DNA of 64,000 bases from an uncultured Chitinophagaceae bacterium (GTDB lineage: Bacteria > Bacteroidota > Bacteroidia > Chitinophagales > Chitinophagaceae), in NCBI GenBank assembly GCA_963790435.1, contig CAWBOI010000006.1, positions 97,758 through 161,757 of the forward strand. Direction: 5' to 3'. Positions 59,917-64,000 of this stretch are shown here, piece after piece. The notes under the pieces were generated by a model, which was not told the DNA's origin, did not search any database, and was given only the letters and a program-made list of their open reading frames with translations. Within the stretch, counting starts at the first letter, position 1. Each line of letters starts with the position of its first letter. Made by a program: the position numbers and the translations under genes.

Positions 59917-61140
59917 ATGAACGAACATACATCCTTTACCAGCATGAGTTCTGTGGCTATTCATGCTGTGCAGGCATTGTCTGCTGAACACGCGCATTTG
60001 ACTCCCATCTTTGCCACTTCTACTTTTACTTTCGACAGTGCTGAGCAGGGCATGAACCGCTTTGCCGGAACTGAACAAGGTTATATATACTCCCGGTTTG
60101 GCAACCCAACCATCACCGCAGCAGAAGAAGTAATTGCCAGTTTGGAAGCGTTTCAAATCAACACCAAAAATGGTGAACCACTGCAATTAAAAGCCTTGCT
60201 ACATGCCAGTGGGCAATCGGCTATGGCAACGATGTTTCTCTCATTATTATCTGCAGGCGATACTGTGCTTTCTCACTATTCCTTATACGGTGGCACGCAT
60301 GAATTTTTGTTTCAGTTTCTACCAAAATACAATGTGGCTGCAGTGCTTGCCGATTTAAGAGATTTAGCTGTGGTAGAAGACATAATACGCCAAACACCAT
60401 CGTTGAAGGTGATTCATTTAGAAACACCGGCGAACCCGATGATGCAGTGCTTCGATATTGAAGCGATTTGCACAATAGCAAAAAGACATAATCTCCTTGT
60501 AACGGTTGACAACACGTTTGCAACACCTTACCTGCAACAACCTTTTAAATGGGGAGCCGATTTTGTTTTTCATTCAACCACCAAATTTCTCAATGGTCAT
60601 GGTACATCCATAGGTGGCGTGTTGGTTGGCAAAGACATTTCTTTTATGAAAACAAAAGCGTATAACACCTATAAGTTGTTGGGCGGAACCAGCAGTCCGT
60701 TTGATGCTTACCTGTTGCTGCAAGGCATGAAAACACTGGAAATAAGAATGGAAGCGCATTGCCGCAATGCAATGCGGGTAGCCCACTTTTTAGATGCACA
60801 TCCTGCGATTGCCAAAGTGAATTATACAGGTTTACCCAATCATCCTGATGCTGAAGTTGTACAAAAACAAATGCGGCTACCGGGTGCAGTGTTAAGTTTT
60901 GAATTAAAAGAAGGTTTTGAAGGCGGCAAACGTTTTATTGACCAACTTACGATGTGCGTGCGGGCAGTATCTCTTGGTACTGTTGATACTCTCATTTCTC
61001 ATCCGGCTTCCATGTCGCACTCCGGTATGAAATGCGAAGACCGTTATAAAGCAGGCATTACCGATGGATTAATACGCATGAGTGTGGGCATTGAAAATGT
61101 GAACGATATTTTGAATGATTTGAACAATGCATTGAAGTAA
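59917..61140 (+). CDS. PLP-dependent trans-sulfuration enzyme (methionine gamma-lyase/cystathionine lyase family)
   Basis: YSRFGNPT, SLYGGT, ETPANP, VDNTFATP, HSTTKFLNGH, SLGTVDTL; start at ATG 59917. Confidence 0.9.
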   Translation: MNEHTSFTSMSSVAIHAVQALSAEHAHLTPIFATSTFTFDSAEQGMNRFAGTEQGYIYSRFGNPTITAAEEVIASLEAFQINTKNGEPLQLKALLHASGQSAMATMFLSLLSAGDTVLSHYSLYGGTHEFLFQFLPKYNVAAVLADLRDLAVVEDIIRQTPSLKVIHLETPANPMMQCFDIEAICTIAKRHNLLVTVDNTFATPYLQQPFKWGADFVFHSTTKFLNGHGTSIGGVLVGKDISFMKTKAYNTYKLLGGTSSPFDAYLLLQGMKTLEIRMEAHCRNAMRVAHFLDAHPAIAKVNYTGLPNHPDAEVVQKQMRLPGAVLSFELKEGFEGGKRFIDQLTMCVRAVSLGTVDTLISHPASMSHSGMKCEDRYKAGITDGLIRMSVGIENVNDILNDLNNALK

Positions 61141-61390
61141 GTGTGTGATGAAGTCATTTTTGTTTTTGCCCATATTTATCTTTACTATCCACAGATACAA
61201 CGACCAAACAACAGTAATAAGGAAGGGGACAGTGAAAACGAAAACCTACTGCTTAACAAAGTTGTGAAAATACAAACCTACTAAAAGATAGACGCTCCCG
61301 ATGCAAAGTTTAAGTGATACAATTCGGCACTGCTCCATAAAGTTTTGCGTGTAGGGAAGCTCAGAAGGAGAGATTTGAAGTTTTTGAACC

Positions 61391-61585
61391 AACGGCGAAG
61401 GGCTTTGTGCAGGTGGGGAATTAGCATTCCGTATGCTCGTAACCGAAGTACAATTTATAGATAAATGTTCATTGTTTATTCTATTGCCGAATGTTGCTCG
61501 TCACGCTGGAACTGAAGCCGATGCCTGCACTTAGCTGAAGTAACAATGTCGTGCCCCACTTGCACAAAGCCCCATGTTGTAGGCA
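61391..61585 (-). mobile_element. attC-like long imperfect palindrome downstream of the cassette gene
   Basis: Minus strand: TGCCTAC-AAC-ATG-GGGCTTTGTGCAAGTGGGG ... CCCCACCTGCACAAAGCCC-TTCGCC-GTT; 19-bp arms (61400-61418 and 61554-61572) with one mismatch. Confidence 0.7.
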
Positions 61586-61597
61586 GGTCTATGTCTG

Positions 61598-61957
61598 TCA
61601 GCAACTCCAAAATCTTTTTCGTTTAAAGTCAATTTCAGATGGTCCGTCAGAACAGCCGCCAATTTCTTTTGCGTTCTTGTCCTTGATGCTGTGTCCAATA
61701 ATCCACTTGCCTGTCTTTGTGTGCTTCATTATAACTCCTTCGTCAAGAATGTCACCCTTTTTGCCCGTCAAGTTAGCCTTGCCATTATGAACAACTTTTA
61801 TACTGTCACCCTTGATAATTACTGTACAAGTTGCACCTAAAGATTTTCCGTTCCATTCTGCAAATGCAATAGAGTAGGTGTATATACCGTCCCTTGGCTT
61901 TTGTGCAAGTGTCAATGTACAAATAAAAAGTAAGCAGGCAGTTAGAAATATTTTCAT
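61598..61957 (-). CDS. Small secreted hypothetical protein (119 aa), putative cassette cargo
   Basis: Sec signal peptide MKIFLTACLLFICTLTLA-Q; stop codon 12 nt from the attC-like element. Confidence 0.8.
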   Translation of the reverse strand: MKIFLTACLLFICTLTLAQKPRDGIYTYSIAFAEWNGKSLGATCTVIIKGDSIKVVHNGKANLTGKKGDILDEGVIMKHTKTGKWIIGHSIKDKNAKEIGGCSDGPSEIDFKRKRFWSC

Positions 61958-62070
61958 TTGGTCTTGTATATATATCAATTGTCTGTGTCAACTAAGAAAA
62001 AGGTTGAGAGCAATTGGTAAGTTTCACCTGTCCTGCCATCAATTTAAAACTGTTAAAACCAATTGCCTAC

Positions 62071-62181
62071 AACTCAAATATATACGAAGGTTTTATTTTT
62101 TTCTAGAATTATCAGGAAAATATTTTTCTGTTGATTGTCATTCCTTTATCTCATTTTCCCGCATTTCGTATATTTATTGTT
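62071..62181 (-). mobile_element. Second, degenerate attC-like palindrome upstream of the cassette gene
   Basis: Minus strand: AAC-AAT-AAATATACGAA ... TTCGTATATATTT-GA-GTT-GTAGGCA; arms at 62076-62088 and 62165-62175 with a 2-nt bulge. Confidence 0.5.
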
Positions 62182-62246
62182 TTGATTCGTAAATACAACT
62201 TTCCATAAAATCATTTCTTCAAATTTGCACAAAACCAAACCGCAAC

Positions 62247-62285
62247 AAAAAAGTTCCGAACAATAGAGTCATTCGGAACTTTTTT
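62247..62285 (-). terminator. dnaJ terminator
   Basis: aaaaaagttccgaa ... ttcggaactttttt. Confidence 0.85.
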
Positions 62286-62302
62286 TATTCGATTCTTACA
62301 AT

Positions 62303-63451
62303 TTAAGTAAACACTTCCTTCACCCTTTCAAAAAAGCTCTTTTCGCTTTTGCCCGGCTGCGGTTTAAAATTGGGGCTGTTGTTTAGTTTCTCCAACATGG
62401 TTTTTTCTTCCGAGGTCAGGTTTTGCGGCGTCCATACATTCACATGAATCAACTGGTCGCCACGCTGATAACCCTGCACTTCAGGGAAGCCTTTGCCTTT
62501 CAGCCGGAATATCTTTCCGCTCTGCGTTCCGGGCGGTATTTTTATTTTAGCGCGACCATCAATCGTAGGTACTTCTGTGTTGGTTCCAAAAGTGGCTTCC
62601 GGAAAAGTAATGTGGAGTTCGTAGGCTACATTTAAGCCATCACGGTGCAATTCTTTGTGCGCTTCTTCTTCAATCAGAATCAACAAATCGCCAGGCGCAC
62701 CGCCACGTTCACCGGCATTGCCTTTTCCGCTCATGCTCAGCTGCATGCCTTCCTGCACACCGGCGGGAATGTCAATGCTGATGGTTTCTTCGTTGTACAC
62801 CCTGCCTTCACCTTTGCAATTGTTGCATTTTGCCGTAACCGTTGAGCCTTCGCCGTTGCAGGTAGGGCAGGTGCTTACGGTTTGCATTTGCCCTAAAAAT
62901 GTATTCGACACTTTCCTTACCTGGCCACTGCCATGACAGGTAGAACAGGTTTGAATGCTGCTGTTGTCTTTGGCTCCGCTGCCGTTACAAACATTGCAAG
63001 GCACATATTTTTTTACCTTGATGTTTTTGGTAACTCCCTTCGCCATCTCTTCATAGTTCAGCTTTATTTTTACGCGAAGATTGCTGCCGCGCGAACCTCG
63101 GCCACGGCTGGCTCTGCCACCGCCGAACATACTGCCAAACATGCCTTCGCCAAAGATGTCGCCAAACTGACTGAAGATGTCTTCCATGTTCATGCCGCCA
63201 CCAAAGCCGCCACCACCCATACCAGGCGCAAACGCCTGGTGACCAAAGCGGTCGTACTTTGCTTTTTTGTCTCCATCGCTCAACACTTCGTAAGCTTCGG
63301 CAGCTTCTTTGAATTTTTCTTCGGCGCTTTTATCACCCGGGTTTCTGTCGGGATGATATTGCATCGCCACCTTGCGATACGCTTTTTTAATTTCATCGCC
63401 GGAAGCCGATTTGCTCACGCCCAGAACTTCGTAATAATCTCGTTTTGTCAT
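62303..63451 (-). CDS. dnaJ: Chaperone DnaJ
   Basis: J domain with HPD, G/F-rich region, four CxxCxGxG repeats. Confidence 0.98.
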   Translation of the reverse strand: MTKRDYYEVLGVSKSASGDEIKKAYRKVAMQYHPDRNPGDKSAEEKFKEAAEAYEVLSDGDKKAKYDRFGHQAFAPGMGGGGFGGGMNMEDIFSQFGDIFGEGMFGSMFGGGRASRGRGSRGSNLRVKIKLNYEEMAKGVTKNIKVKKYVPCNVCNGSGAKDNSSIQTCSTCHGSGQVRKVSNTFLGQMQTVSTCPTCNGEGSTVTAKCNNCKGEGRVYNEETISIDIPAGVQEGMQLSMSGKGNAGERGGAPGDLLILIEEEAHKELHRDGLNVAYELHITFPEATFGTNTEVPTIDGRAKIKIPPGTQSGKIFRLKGKGFPEVQGYQRGDQLIHVNVWTPQNLTSEEKTMLEKLNNSPNFKPQPGKSEKSFFERVKEVFT

Positions 63452-63452
63452 G

Positions 63453-63605
63453 CCCTAATCCGCCTAAGGCGGAAAGTTTTAAAATGTACGCCCCAGCTCC
63501 TAAAGGGGAGCCAGAAAGCTTTGATTAAATTTATTGTCTTTTTAATTAAACAGTTTTTAAAACACTTACGTTGTCCCCAACTTCCACTTTAGGCGGACCA
63601 GGGCC
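63453..63605. repeat. Degenerate REP-like units between grpE and dnaJ
   Basis: tccgcc-taa-ggcgga palindrome, ctcctaaaggggag and ctttaggcgga related units. Confidence 0.5.
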
Positions 63606-63616
63606 TTGTCTTCTCC

Positions 63617-64000
63617 TTACTTCCCAACCACCACTTTTGCAAAGCGGATAAGTTTATCGTTTAACGAATATCCTTTTTGCACTTCGTCCAGCACTTTTCC
63701 TACCTGATCTTTTGTAGGTGAAGGAATTTCAGCAATGGCTTCATGCTTCTCAACATCAAAGTCCTGCTGCTTGCTTTCCATCCCTTTCAAACCCTTTGCT
63801 GATAAGGCGTTGCGCAGTTTGTTAAATATTAAAAGAATGCCTTCTTTTATTTGCTCAACATCATTGCTTTGTTTCATTTGCTTTTCTGCACGGTCGCAAT
63901 CATCCAACACATCCAGCAGCGAAACGATAATGTCTTTACCTGCTGTTTGAATCAGTTCCATCCGCTCTTTTGCATTGCGGCGTTTGTAGTTTTCAAACTC
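63617..64000 (-). CDS. grpE: Nucleotide exchange factor GrpE, 5'-truncated by the window edge
   Basis: EFENYKRR, FDVEKHEAI, QKGYSLNDKLIRFAKVVV; upstream of dnaJ. Confidence 0.95.
   Translation of the reverse strand, partial: EFENYKRRNAKERMELIQTAGKDIIVSLLDVLDDCDRAEKQMKQSNDVEQIKEGILLIFNKLRNALSAKGLKGMESKQQDFDVEKHEAIAEIPSPTKDQVGKVLDEVQKGYSLNDKLIRFAKVVVGK

Noticed and set aside
62933-63592. 219-aa plus-strand ORF
   Set aside because: It is the antisense shadow of dnaJ. The same applies to the many short ORFs opposite tuf, purH, the kinases, sdaA and other real genes.

Overview
Chromosomal window from a Bacteroidota bacterium, most likely Chitinophagaceae. Evidence: T9SS/gliding genes porT, gldA and sprE/porW, TAnnTTTG promoters, and rpsU-xerC-raiA-tRNA-tuf synteny. 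It is mostly housekeeping and envelope genes: the tuf/tRNA/secE/nusG cluster, purH, dusB, ubiE, sdaA and dnaJ/grpE. Accessory genes include two hybrid histidine kinases, a stand-alone CHAT-TPR protease and a YsnF/DUF2382-PRC-OmpA cluster. Four genes carry single-base +1 frameshifts and a fifth lacks a canonical start; these are probably long-read errors. The most striking unexplained structure is at about 61.39-62.18 kb. There a small secreted-protein gene is bracketed by the complementary 10-mers GTTGTAGGCA and TGCCTACAAC and by two long imperfect palindromes with AAC...GTT ends. This is the architecture of an integron-like gene cassette with attC-like sites, yet no integron integrase lies in the window. 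A second notable signal is the motif TTTG(T/G)TTTTG, seen at least 24 times in intergenic DNA. No CRISPR array, rRNA gene or intact IS was seen. All family assignments come from motif recognition, not database searches.
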